From NCBI GenBank assembly GCA_903847315.1, contig CAINDG010000047.1, forward strand, positions 15,109 through 79,108: a stretch of 64,000 nucleotides of DNA, in the 5' to 3' direction. This document shows positions 27,442 through 37,400 of this stretch, one piece after another (position 1 is the first letter of the stretch; every line of letters starts with the position of its first letter). The notes beneath the pieces are model-generated. The model worked only from the letters and a program-made list of their open reading frames with translations, ran no database searches and was not told where the DNA came from. The stretch comes from an uncultured Planctomycetota bacterium. GTDB lineage: Bacteria; Planctomycetota; Phycisphaerae; Sedimentisphaerales; UBA12454. Both the position numbers and the translations under genes were made by a program.

Positions 27442-28992
27442 ATGAACAGGTCTTATTATCATAAATTAGTCAATGTTCTTGCCGTCGCGGCAATAGCGTT
27501 TTTGTCTTTGTACCTGCTTGCGGGCAGTTTAACCAAGCCTCTTGCCGGTGATGAGCAGATGGGCTGCACAGCCGGCTATCTGCTCAATAAAGGTTTGCTC
27601 ATCTATCGTGATTTTTCTTACGCGACACAACTGCCTTATCATCCGCTATTTTGTGCCATTTTATTTAAACTGACCGGCACGACTTATTATCTTCTCGCGG
27701 CAAGATTGCTGTCGGTCGCGTTTGATATCCTTATTATTCTTTGTCTGGTCAGCATATTCAGAAAGATTTTCAGGCCTTATATAATTTCAGGAACGCTGCT
27801 GGGCTTAATTGGCGCAGCGTTGTTTGTTTTCAATCCTTTTGCCAGTTTCTTATGCGGCTTCGCGTGGAACCACGATTTGGTATTGCTTTGCATCATTCTG
27901 AGTTTTCGTCTTTTTCTTGGAATTGATTCAAACGGTAAATTTGTCCTGCTGCGAGTCTTCGCGATAGCGGCAATTATTACCATAGCCGTATGGACAAGGA
28001 TAACCACTGTATTTGTGATGCCGATTTTCTTTGCGATGCTGACTATAAAATCCGCCGGCCCGGCAAATATAAGATTAAAGTATGCCTTATCATTTCTAAT
28101 CGGCGTAATTATTTTCAGTCTTTGGCCTGTCTGGGTCATTATTTGCGCACCGTGGGCATTCTTTTTGGATGTCTTTATAATGCCGTTTCTTCACAGCGGC
28201 CTGCTGCACCGGCTTGGCATCGCTTACAGCAGATTTTATCTAACCGTTATGGCTGTTAAAACTGCGGAGTTTTCGCTTCTGATTCTGGCGGCTGTTCTGC
28301 TGTGGATTTATATTTTTTTCTGCCGGCGAAAAGGATTTTTCACTGACGTCAGAAACGTCATATTCGCCCTGCTGCTTGCCGGCGCCGCTTTCATTATCGC
28401 TTATTTTCCGCCAACGATGTGGAAGCAGTATTTCGGCATACCGGTCGCGTTTGTAATAATCGTGATGGCTTTTGGTCTGCGGTATTTACATACAGTTCCG
28501 GGCCGGGCGGGAAAAATAAGCATTCATTTTCAAATATGGTTTGTAGTTATTCTGTCGCTAACATTGACGACAGCGGTTTGGCAAAAACCTGCCGCGAAAA
28601 TTGCACAGCTTTGGGAAATAAACAATTGGACGCCGATTCAGCTTCACAAAACTTCACAAGATATCGTCGCCAAAGCAAAAGGTTCAAAACTGATATTTAC
28701 ATTGTCGCCGCTTTACGCGATAGAAGGCAGCGGCCGATTTTATACAGAATTTTCGACTGGAATGTTTTTTTATAGAATCGCAGGCGAGCTTTCAGATTCT
28801 GACAGGGCCGTAACGCACACAGCCGGTTTGCCGCAACTGCCTGCTTTGCTTGCGAAAACTCCTCCCGATGCGATTGTCATAGGGCCGGAGCTGACCAGAT
28901 TTGATAAGATTGATTTGAAGAACACAGTCAAGCCCGACTGGCAGCTTTACGATTGCGGCCAAAACAGTGTCCGAGCATACTTCCCGCCTTAA
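27442..28992 (+). CDS. polytopic membrane protein, ArnT/PMT-like (GT-C fold) glycosyltransferase candidate
   Basis: About 12 TM helices. An acidic first-loop motif (AGDEQMG) and a soluble C-terminal domain, as in GT39/GT83 enzymes. Confidence 0.45.
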   Translation: MNRSYYHKLVNVLAVAAIAFLSLYLLAGSLTKPLAGDEQMGCTAGYLLNKGLLIYRDFSYATQLPYHPLFCAILFKLTGTTYYLLAARLLSVAFDILIILCLVSIFRKIFRPYIISGTLLGLIGAALFVFNPFASFLCGFAWNHDLVLLCIILSFRLFLGIDSNGKFVLLRVFAIAAIITIAVWTRITTVFVMPIFFAMLTIKSAGPANIRLKYALSFLIGVIIFSLWPVWVIICAPWAFFLDVFIMPFLHSGLLHRLGIAYSRFYLTVMAVKTAEFSLLILAAVLLWIYIFFCRRKGFFTDVRNVIFALLLAGAAFIIAYFPPTMWKQYFGIPVAFVIIVMAFGLRYLHTVPGRAGKISIHFQIWFVVILSLTLTTAVWQKPAAKIAQLWEINNWTPIQLHKTSQDIVAKAKGSKLIFTLSPLYAIEGSGRFYTEFSTGMFFYRIAGELSDSDRAVTHTAGLPQLPALLAKTPPDAIVIGPELTRFDKIDLKNTVKPDWQLYDCGQNSVRAYFPP

Positions 28993-29206
28993 AACACACA
29001 AATACGCAAAATGGATAATTTGAGCGGTTTTTCAGACAAATATTTAAGAAAATCCCTATTCCGCTGCAATAAGTCACATTCTGAAAACGTCTTTAATGAT
29101 ATAAGGCTGTAAATATAGATAAAAATTTTGAGCGGAATTTATGTTACCTGAGCCAAAAATCGTACACTGAACTAAAGGCAGATACTTTGTAAGCAGGTTG
29201 AAAGAT

Positions 29207-29905
29207 ATGAGAGACAGAAAAAAAGGGTTTACCTCCACACCAATTTGCGTTGTGGTTGAGCAGGTAAAAGCAAAAGACAAGCAGTTTTGCAGGCAAATTC
29301 CAAACTCGTTTGCCAGAGGCAAATTGGTGTGGGGGTTTACGCTTGTTGAGATAATGACGGTTCTTGCGATAATCGCTATGCTGACCGGCATTTTACTGCC
29401 GGCTCTTAACGCTGCCCGCAAGGCCGCCCGTAAAACCGCCTGCAAAGAAAATCTTCACGGCTGCGGAATAGCATTTCGTATGTACCTCGATGAAAATCAG
29501 AATGTTATGCCTTTTGCTGTATATTTGCCGACTCAGCCATCTGACAGCGAAATAACCAATAAACTCAAACCGATATCCGTTGTGCTTGCCAAATTTCTCA
29601 GCGGTCCGGAAGCCCTCAAATGTCCTGCTGACCCGCAGGCACAATACTACAGGGAACAAGGCTCAAGTTATCAATATAATACCGGCCTGGGCGGCATAAG
29701 GATTGATGGGAAAGACGTAACTTTTACTCGTCGCGGAGGTACTCGTACTATAACTATTCCACTGGCGGAAATAGATGTAATGAGCGACTATGAAGGCTTT
29801 CACGGCAACAAAAACGCCGATGGTTCATATCCCGTAGGCGCATATATGTATCTTTACGCGGATAATCTTATCAGCGACCGCACAAGAGGTTCGGGAGGGA
29901 ACTAA
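29207..29905 (+). CDS. prepilin-type N-terminal cleavage/methylation protein (DUF1559-like pseudopilin)
   Basis: GFTLVEIMTVLAIIAMLTGILLPALNAARKAARKTAC, the classic type IV pilin-like leader plus a DUF1559 start. Confidence 0.8.
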   Translation: MRDRKKGFTSTPICVVVEQVKAKDKQFCRQIPNSFARGKLVWGFTLVEIMTVLAIIAMLTGILLPALNAARKAARKTACKENLHGCGIAFRMYLDENQNVMPFAVYLPTQPSDSEITNKLKPISVVLAKFLSGPEALKCPADPQAQYYREQGSSYQYNTGLGGIRIDGKDVTFTRRGGTRTITIPLAEIDVMSDYEGFHGNKNADGSYPVGAYMYLYADNLISDRTRGSGGN

Positions 29906-30615
29906 TGGAAACAAATAAAAATAAAATGTCGATGAGCAATCTTCACCGGCCGCCGGTGAATATAAAAAAAATTGTGATTATCGTCTCTGTCATAGCTGCC
30001 GTTTGTCTTTCAGCTTCCGGCGGATTGTATTATATGCTCAAGGGCAGCACCGCTCAGGAAAGCGACGATGGGTTTGGTCCGCCAAGAAGAGCATGGCACG
30101 ACGCCAATATGCCAAATCCAAATAAGCAGACCGGTCAGGAAGTTATGGCTTATATGGACAGCGCAGATTTTAAAAAGCTCAATCCCCGTGAGCAGTTTGA
30201 TTATATGCGCGAAGGCGGCAGACAGGTGATGGAATATCAGATGGATACATATTTTTCAACGCCCAAAGAACAGAGAACGGCATATCTTGATAGCGTAATT
30301 GACAGGATGCAGGCTATGCGGCAGATGCGCCCACCCAGACGTCCGCGAGATGCTAATGAACCCAACGACCCCAATATGCAGCGGCTGCGAAACCGCGCCC
30401 GCCAGCAGGCAGGTCCGGGCGGCCCAGGCGGAAGAAGAATTCCTAATCCTTCGCGAATGAGAGCAATGAGAGAACGCGGAACTCCTGTACAAAGGGCCCA
30501 ACGGACGCAGTTTATGCAGGCTATGCAGACAAGGATGCAGCAAAGAGGAATAACTATGCCCGGTCCCGGCGGCGGTGCTGGTGGTCGCGGCGGTACAGGC
30601 GGACGTGGACAATAG
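29905..30615 (+). CDS. membrane-anchored low-complexity (R/Q/M/P/G-rich) protein
   Basis: One TM helix (IVIIVSVIAAVCLSASGGLYYML). C-terminal MRQMRPPRRPRD...GGGAGGRGGTGGRGQ. The start overlaps the pseudopilin stop (TAATG). Confidence 0.45.
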   Translation: METNKNKMSMSNLHRPPVNIKKIVIIVSVIAAVCLSASGGLYYMLKGSTAQESDDGFGPPRRAWHDANMPNPNKQTGQEVMAYMDSADFKKLNPREQFDYMREGGRQVMEYQMDTYFSTPKEQRTAYLDSVIDRMQAMRQMRPPRRPRDANEPNDPNMQRLRNRARQQAGPGGPGGRRIPNPSRMRAMRERGTPVQRAQRTQFMQAMQTRMQQRGITMPGPGGGAGGRGGTGGRGQ

Positions 30616-30623
30616 TTTAGTTA

Positions 30624-32465
30624 TTATTTCGGCAGTTCGAGACTGATGTAATCATACATAATATGATTGCCCATACTATCGGTTGAAGCCTGTCCAAGCG
30701 TAATTGTATTAAGACCTTTCTTTAGTTTCTCCGCGGGAATAGCAACATAATGCAGTGCATACTTTGCGTGAATGCCCTCGCGGATAAGCGCGTTGCCACC
30801 GGAGTTGTCGGGATAAAAACTGGTAAGCATTTCCGTTTCGCCATTGACATAAATTTGCAGATTGGCCTTCTGCGAGCCGGCCAAAGCAAGCGTCAATGTC
30901 GCATCGCCTGACGGAACCTTGTCGAGAACAAAGTTAATCCTCCATTTCCACATCTGGCCGGTAATGTACGGACTGTGCGCATAATTCAGCGTCTTCTGCC
31001 AGTCGTTTTTCCACACATCATATTCCAGCGGATTGGTAAACTCCGTCGCAAATTTCCCAAACAGGTAAGGCTCATAGTAATCTGTATCGCCGTGCTTGAA
31101 CTCCGCTGCGCTTCTGTCCGGGGTGCCGATTTCCCACGCGATTGTCTTTCCTTTATGCGGCACAAGCCAGGTAAGACCGCCAAGCTTCGTTGTTTTTTTC
31201 GCCTGAACGGTAATTTTGTCTTTTGAATATTCTCCGACAGCTCCTTTTGTAAAAGCATACAGCGTATAAGTGCCCGGTCGGACATCTTCGATAATGAAAC
31301 TGCCGTCAGTATCGGCTTTCGTCCAGTACTGGTAATCCTTGCCCTGAAATTGCCAGTTGCCGTTTGTTTTTTCCGGCAGCGCCAGTCCGACCCACGCCCC
31401 GTCGCTGCTTGTCTCGGGTTTCAATTTATCTTTGACAATAAATTTTCCTGTAACCGTCCCCCGCTCCTCGGCTTGATATTCGCCGCAGGCAAGCCATTTA
31501 TAAGGCCACTGCTTTTTTTCGGTCAGAGCACAAATCTTCGCATCCGCCCAGCATTCATCGGAACCGTTTTTATTATTGAAGTACAAAAGCCACGGCCCGT
31601 ATATCTTGCTCCAGCTCTGGCCGTTCTTGATTGTAAAGCCCGACCCGCCGTAATGGTTTGCGTTGAGATAGATGTGAATTGTTCCCGCAGCGGCCGTTAG
31701 GTCGTTTTTTACAGGCCCATCGTTAAAATATTCATGACTACCGAAGACAACCCATGCCCCAAGATTATTTTTCGAGCCTGTAAAACCATAAGTTCCCAGC
31801 TTCCACAGGTCTGCTGAATACATATATTTGCAGTCGTATTTGCCTTTTCTGTCGCCGGTCGTGTATTTTTTTATTTCCTTAATGCCTGTAGCTTCCGCGC
31901 TTGTTTCGTCTAAATAGGAAGCCATTTTCCATGTTCTTAAATCATCGACGCAGATTGTATCCAGCAGAAAGTCTGTCTCATCGTGCGGCAGGAACCAAAC
32001 CATCCGCCATTCGCCCATACTCACATCGGGATAATCGACCGCGTGAGAAACAATCGCATAGACATACAAGCCGGGCATATCTTTTTGCAGAACGTAATGG
32101 ATATCGACATCCCAGGCGTGCAAATCGCCGCTCTTGTAGATTTTTTTGCAGGATATATCGACAAGTTCGCTCGACTGGTTTGCAATGGAATAAACGCAGT
32201 GGTGCGGCTTGTCGTATCCTGCCTCGGTAGTCATACTGAAATAGATGGTTCTCCAGCCGGTCTGACTTACCATTTCAAAATTTTTGTATTTCAGCGATGT
32301 AACCTGTGCGATTGCGGTATTAATCGCCGCCCTGACAATTCCATTGTCGAGAACTACACTATTGCCGTCCGCGGTAAGTGTGACGGTATCCGCAAAGACT
32401 GAACTTTCCAAAAGTCCGATGCACAAAAAAAACAGAATCAGAAATTTGCATTTCCCAGATTTCAC
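30624..32465 (-). CDS. rhamnogalacturonan lyase-like (PL4-like) secreted enzyme
   Basis: Signal peptide. N-terminal VTLTADGNSVVLDNGIVRAAI...VTSLKYKN matches the rhamnogalacturonate-lyase N-domain pattern. Three-domain size of 613 aa. Confidence 0.55.
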   Translation of the reverse strand: MKSGKCKFLILFFLCIGLLESSVFADTVTLTADGNSVVLDNGIVRAAINTAIAQVTSLKYKNFEMVSQTGWRTIYFSMTTEAGYDKPHHCVYSIANQSSELVDISCKKIYKSGDLHAWDVDIHYVLQKDMPGLYVYAIVSHAVDYPDVSMGEWRMVWFLPHDETDFLLDTICVDDLRTWKMASYLDETSAEATGIKEIKKYTTGDRKGKYDCKYMYSADLWKLGTYGFTGSKNNLGAWVVFGSHEYFNDGPVKNDLTAAAGTIHIYLNANHYGGSGFTIKNGQSWSKIYGPWLLYFNNKNGSDECWADAKICALTEKKQWPYKWLACGEYQAEERGTVTGKFIVKDKLKPETSSDGAWVGLALPEKTNGNWQFQGKDYQYWTKADTDGSFIIEDVRPGTYTLYAFTKGAVGEYSKDKITVQAKKTTKLGGLTWLVPHKGKTIAWEIGTPDRSAAEFKHGDTDYYEPYLFGKFATEFTNPLEYDVWKNDWQKTLNYAHSPYITGQMWKWRINFVLDKVPSGDATLTLALAGSQKANLQIYVNGETEMLTSFYPDNSGGNALIREGIHAKYALHYVAIPAEKLKKGLNTITLGQASTDSMGNHIMYDYISLELPK

Positions 32466-32486
32466 GTCATTTTTCCTGTAAATTCT

Positions 32487-33791
32487 TTACCAACTGAATA
32501 CAAGGTTGTATCTTGCAAAGACCGCGATGTCATTTCTATCTTTATTATAATAATCGCCCGGAACAAATAATTCACCTTCAATTTTATGTTCGATATTCTT
32601 GCTTGCCTTGTATGTAATCTGAACTCTCGCTAATTGTCCGCGGAGATGGCCGTTCCTGCTCAGACCGCCTGTCCCGCCTTTATAGGTATTTTCGTCCGCG
32701 AACAAAAGTGCATAACCGGTTTTCATCTCTGTCTTCTCGGTCAGTTTGGTTGCCCAGTCGATATAAATCCTGTGCAGGTTGGAGCTCTCGTACGCCCTGC
32801 CGTCGATGGTATCTATATTTCCCTGATACAGCACGCTCCATGTATCGATGCGTCCCCATGTCTTGTCGAAATATTTGTCCGGGTCGTCATTGCCGGAAAG
32901 ATATTCATAGCCGAGATAGATTCTATTGTTCTTTTCATCGTTGAAATTATAAATCAATTGGTTATTTGCCGCAAAGGCGCCCAGGCTTTTCCCGTTTTTG
33001 TGGCCGAACTGCGGCGCAAATTCCAAATTGTATTGCCAATGCTCGTTTAATTTTCCGTATTTCCTCAGACCCAGCGTATAAATCTCGCCTTCTGAGCCGC
33101 TTTTTATAATCCGATGGGTATCGTGTTTGTAAATTAAGTATAAATCGATGCCGGAATCCTTTGAAGTCTTCTTGGCAAGGTACAGGATAGCACCCTGTTC
33201 ATCCTGTTCCGCAAGGTCGATATCTCTGTCGTTGAAAGGCTCAAACCATTTTGCGCTGTCGCCGTGATTTGCAATCAATATAAAATCCGCAGTGGTATCT
33301 TTATCTTTCAAATCGTATGTGAACCGCATCGCGTCAAAGAAATTTGTGCGTCCGCCATCCAGCGGAGTGCCGTCTGTTATAAGCCAGTTGCTTCCGAGTT
33401 TTATCTCCTGCCGCCCGATTACCGCGGTCATCGGCAAATCAAATGCGTTTCTCCAGGTCAAATTGAACTTATCAAATAAGGCTTCATTATACGCCCAGTG
33501 ATGACGCTCTGAATGAGCCTCGATATAATAACGCGGCTCTGTTACAAGACGGATATTAAAATCGAGGTCGTCGGTAAGTTTGAATTTTGCTTGTTCCCTG
33601 ATGCGAAAGCGTGTCTGAATTCTCTCGTGCCCAACGGCTTGTTTATCGAGTTTCTTGGCATTATTATCATACACAAACCGGAACCTGAAATCTCCGCTCA
33701 GCTCCATCCAGTCGGCAGATTTCTCCTGCCCCTGCGCAGCCTGACAGAGACAAAACATAACAGACATCACAAATATAAGTTTTCTATTCAT
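32487..33791 (-). CDS. outer-membrane porin, alginate-export family
   Basis: Signal peptide. LSGDFRFRFVYDNN...RIQTRFRIR... alternating beta-strand pattern. C-terminal aromatic residue (FSW). Directly upstream of the lyase. Confidence 0.6.
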   Translation of the reverse strand: MNRKLIFVMSVMFCLCQAAQGQEKSADWMELSGDFRFRFVYDNNAKKLDKQAVGHERIQTRFRIREQAKFKLTDDLDFNIRLVTEPRYYIEAHSERHHWAYNEALFDKFNLTWRNAFDLPMTAVIGRQEIKLGSNWLITDGTPLDGGRTNFFDAMRFTYDLKDKDTTADFILIANHGDSAKWFEPFNDRDIDLAEQDEQGAILYLAKKTSKDSGIDLYLIYKHDTHRIIKSGSEGEIYTLGLRKYGKLNEHWQYNLEFAPQFGHKNGKSLGAFAANNQLIYNFNDEKNNRIYLGYEYLSGNDDPDKYFDKTWGRIDTWSVLYQGNIDTIDGRAYESSNLHRIYIDWATKLTEKTEMKTGYALLFADENTYKGGTGGLSRNGHLRGQLARVQITYKASKNIEHKIEGELFVPGDYYNKDRNDIAVFARYNLVFSW

Positions 33792-34033
33792 TCAGCCTGG
33801 TGATTTTTTACACCAAAACAGGAGACTAAACAATCTATTTATAGATAGATTTTTATTTTTGGATTTGCCATTTCTGCGGCAAGCCTAACCCATTTTATAA
33901 CAACAGGTTAGGTAGTGTTGACTATGATTTTCCTTTACATATACCCTGAAAGTTTATATAAAATGTTCGCATCGAAAGGCTTGGTTGCGTAGCCGAGCGT
34001 TTAATATGGGAAATATAAGTTTAAAAAAGGAAA

Positions 34034-34426
34034 ATGAACCTGATACAGGCAATTAAATGCTGGGCAAAGAACCAATGGGATGCGAAAATTTATACATTGC
34101 CCCTCGTGGTAACAACAGCAGTGTGGATTTTTGTAGTCTGGAGCGTATTGGGAATGTGGCCGCGGACTATCTTATCAATCATAATTTTGGGATTATGGCT
34201 ATGGACCTCAAAAAAAGCTGCAAATATATGGACAGAACATGAGCTTGTCAGAAAATATCCCGAAGAATACGCCTGTCCTGATTGCGGGTCATATCTGCGG
34301 GTAGAAATAAGACCGGATTCGGCAGAAGAAACCGGCATTGGAGAAGACAGAACCATTCGGCAGTTTGGTTCCGCATGGTATGTGGCGTGTCGAAAGTGCG
34401 GATATAAAAGAATAATGAAATCCTGA
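34034..34426 (+). CDS. small membrane protein with C-terminal zinc ribbon
   Basis: Two TM helices, then CPDCGSY...CRKCGY. Confidence 0.4.
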   Translation: MNLIQAIKCWAKNQWDAKIYTLPLVVTTAVWIFVVWSVLGMWPRTILSIIILGLWLWTSKKAANIWTEHELVRKYPEEYACPDCGSYLRVEIRPDSAEETGIGEDRTIRQFGSAWYVACRKCGYKRIMKS

Positions 34427-34439
34427 GATACGGTTTATT

Positions 34440-37400
34440 TCACACACTTGTGGTTTTTAAGGCTTGGAAACAAGAGGAGCAAAACAATTCGCCGGAATCA
34501 ATTCTGTGCAGTTCAGTTTCTTTAACATTGTTTTTGCCGCAGCATTCACAAGTTCCCGTCCTTGTCTGAACCTTTGCCGGTTCAGCTGACTGCGGCTTGA
34601 CTTGTGCTGCTGCAGTTGTTACCGCCTTGGTCTTCTGTGCAGCTTCGGCTGCTGCTTTTTCTTTTGCCTTATCAAATTGTATTTTTTGTTCAAGTCCAGC
34701 CGCTTTCTCGCTTACCGCTTTTAGTTTTTGTTCAACTTCCAATTTTGCTCTTGCTTCAAATTCGGTCTGCACCTTTGCCTGTTTAAGACTATCTTTATAT
34801 TCACTGATTTCAGTTTGGTACTCTTTAATTTTCTCATTGAACTCTATGCGCTGAGCTAAAATTTTCTTTTCGGCCTCCGCCTTCAGCTTTTCGGCTAACT
34901 CCGAGATTTCAGCTTCTGACTTTTGTTTTTCCGCAGATAGTACCTGGGCAGCTTCACTCTTAACTTTTAAAATAGAATCAGCGTAGTTCCTCGCCTTTTC
35001 CTCCAGCTCAGATTTGATTTGCGCTTTAACTTCAGCGATTTGAATCTTTAAGTCCGTTGCCTTCCGGTCTGCTTCCAAGGCTATCTGTTTTTGTTCCTCC
35101 GCTTGCGACTGAGCTTTCTGGCTGCTGTCTATTTGATTACTTAATTGCTCCTGGAGCCGGGCTATCTTCTCGCCCAGATTTTTTAACTGCCGCTCAGATT
35201 CCAGCCTTGAATTCCGCTCAGATTGCAGTTCTGAATCGGCTTTTTCAAGCAGGGCTTCATATTGCTGCCTCTTCTCTTCAAATTGCGACCTGACCTTCAA
35301 AAGCTCCTTTGCTGCATTGTCTTTAACATCCTCAATTGTCCTGACAGTCTGAGCTTCTAATTTTTGTCTTTCTGCATCTAAAGTTTCAGCAGCCTGCGAT
35401 TGACTCTTTAAGATGGATTCGGCATATATCCTGGCTTTGTCCTCGAGTTCTGATTTTACTTTTGCTGTCGTTTCCGCGGCATCGGATTTAATAGATGCTA
35501 TCTTCTCGGCAGTTACAACTTTGATTTGACTTAATTGTTCCGTCAAAGATTCAACCTGCTGCTGTGCCCGCAGCATTGCCTGCTTGAACTCTTCAGCCTG
35601 TGACTCGACGATGCTTCTGGCTTCAGTCTGAACAAGGAGCTGCTCCTGGAGTTTGGACAATTGAACGCTAATCAGTTTTAGTTTCTTTTCCGTCTCAGCC
35701 CTTTGTCTTAATTCGGCCTCAGCCATGGCTTGAGCTGCCTCCCTTGCTGTCGTTTCACCCTTTACCCAGGATTTAGCTATAGTCTTGGCCCTTTTCTCGG
35801 CACAAGCGAGAGCTTTTTTCTCGGCATTAGCTTCTGTTTCTCTGAGGAGCGCATCAAAGTTTCTGACTTTCTCTTCTATCCTGATTCGCCGCTGAGTTTC
35901 CGTCTGCAGCATTGTTTCAGCCTCTTTAATCAGGCGATTATGCTCCATAGAATTATTTTCTAACTGCGATTTAAATTTTTGAATTTCAGCCGCGGTTTCT
36001 GATTTTATTTTGGAGACTAAATCATTAGTTTCGGTTTTCTGTCTTTCTCTTTCAGCCAGAATTGCTTTTTGCGATTCATCCTTTGCTTTTATTATTGAAT
36101 CGGCATAATCCCTCGCTCTTTCTTCGAGCTGTGACCTGATATTTGCCGCTGCTTGAGCCGCGTCAGATTTAACAGATGCAATCTGTTCGACAGTATCAAT
36201 TCTAACCTGGCTTAATTGCTGCGTTAAAGACTCGAGCTGTTCCTGTGCCTTTGCCCGGGCTTTAGACTCATCATGAGCAAGCTGTTGAGCTTTGATAAGT
36301 TCTTCCCCGATTAAATTTGCCTTTTCATCGGCACGAGAGAATGCCTTTATGTAATCTTGCAGCTCCTGCTCCGCCTGCAATCTTGTGTTGTGATCGATTT
36401 GAAGCTGGGCCTGAATCACTTCTTTGACTTTTAATTCAGACTCAAGAGATTTTTCCGTTTTAATCAGCGACAATTTCAACGCTTCGATATTTTGTTCTGC
36501 TTGTGTCTTAAATGTTTTTAATTCCTCTTCCAGACTTGCGAGTTTTTGTTGGGCGTCAAGTTTCGCCTGCGATTCAGATGCCGCTCTTGACCTTTCTTCC
36601 TGAATCGCCTCACGATATTGTAATATTTTTTGTTCCAAGTCAGTCCTTGCCTGTTGTTCTGCCTTGAACGCATCTTCTATTTTCTGCAAGTCTTGTGTTT
36701 CGACACGCAACTGGTCCTGAAGCCGGATAATTTTTTCATTGGCAGCCTGAAGCTTATACTCAATTTCAACTTTTTCCTGCCGCTCAAGCCGATTCTTCTC
36801 CTTGGCCTCTTCCATCTGAGCCTGGTATTCTTTGTTTTTCTCTTCGATTACCGACCGCAGCTGGGCAATCTCGTCTGCAGCATGAGATTTGATATTGGCA
36901 ATGGTGTCACTCGCTTCGGCTTTTGCCTTGATTATGGAGTCAGCATAGTTCATGGCTTTTGACTCCATTTCAGATTTTACCTGGACAACTTTTTCAGCGG
37001 CTTCAATCTGAATATGAGCGGCATACTGGGTTAAAGATGAAACCTGGTCTTGAGCCCCGGTTAAAACCTGCTTTTGCTCTTTTAATTGCGACTCCGTATT
37101 ATGCCTTATCTCGATTTCAAGTTTTAACTGCTCCTCAAGTCGCGCAATCTGTTTCGCAGTATCTTGTAAATCCTGTTCTGCCTTATGTAATGATTGTTTT
37201 GTCGATTTTGCTTCAACTTCAGATTGCCCCTGATACGCCCGATATTCTTCCGTCTTCTCTCTCAACAGTGCCTTTAACCGTTCAATTTCATTTGAAGCAT
37301 CAGTTTTGTTCTTAGCGGTTTCTGCTTCGTATTTCTCTTTTTGTGCAGCTATAGCTTTAACAGAATCGGCTTGAGTTTTGGCTATCGACTCGGCATAGTC

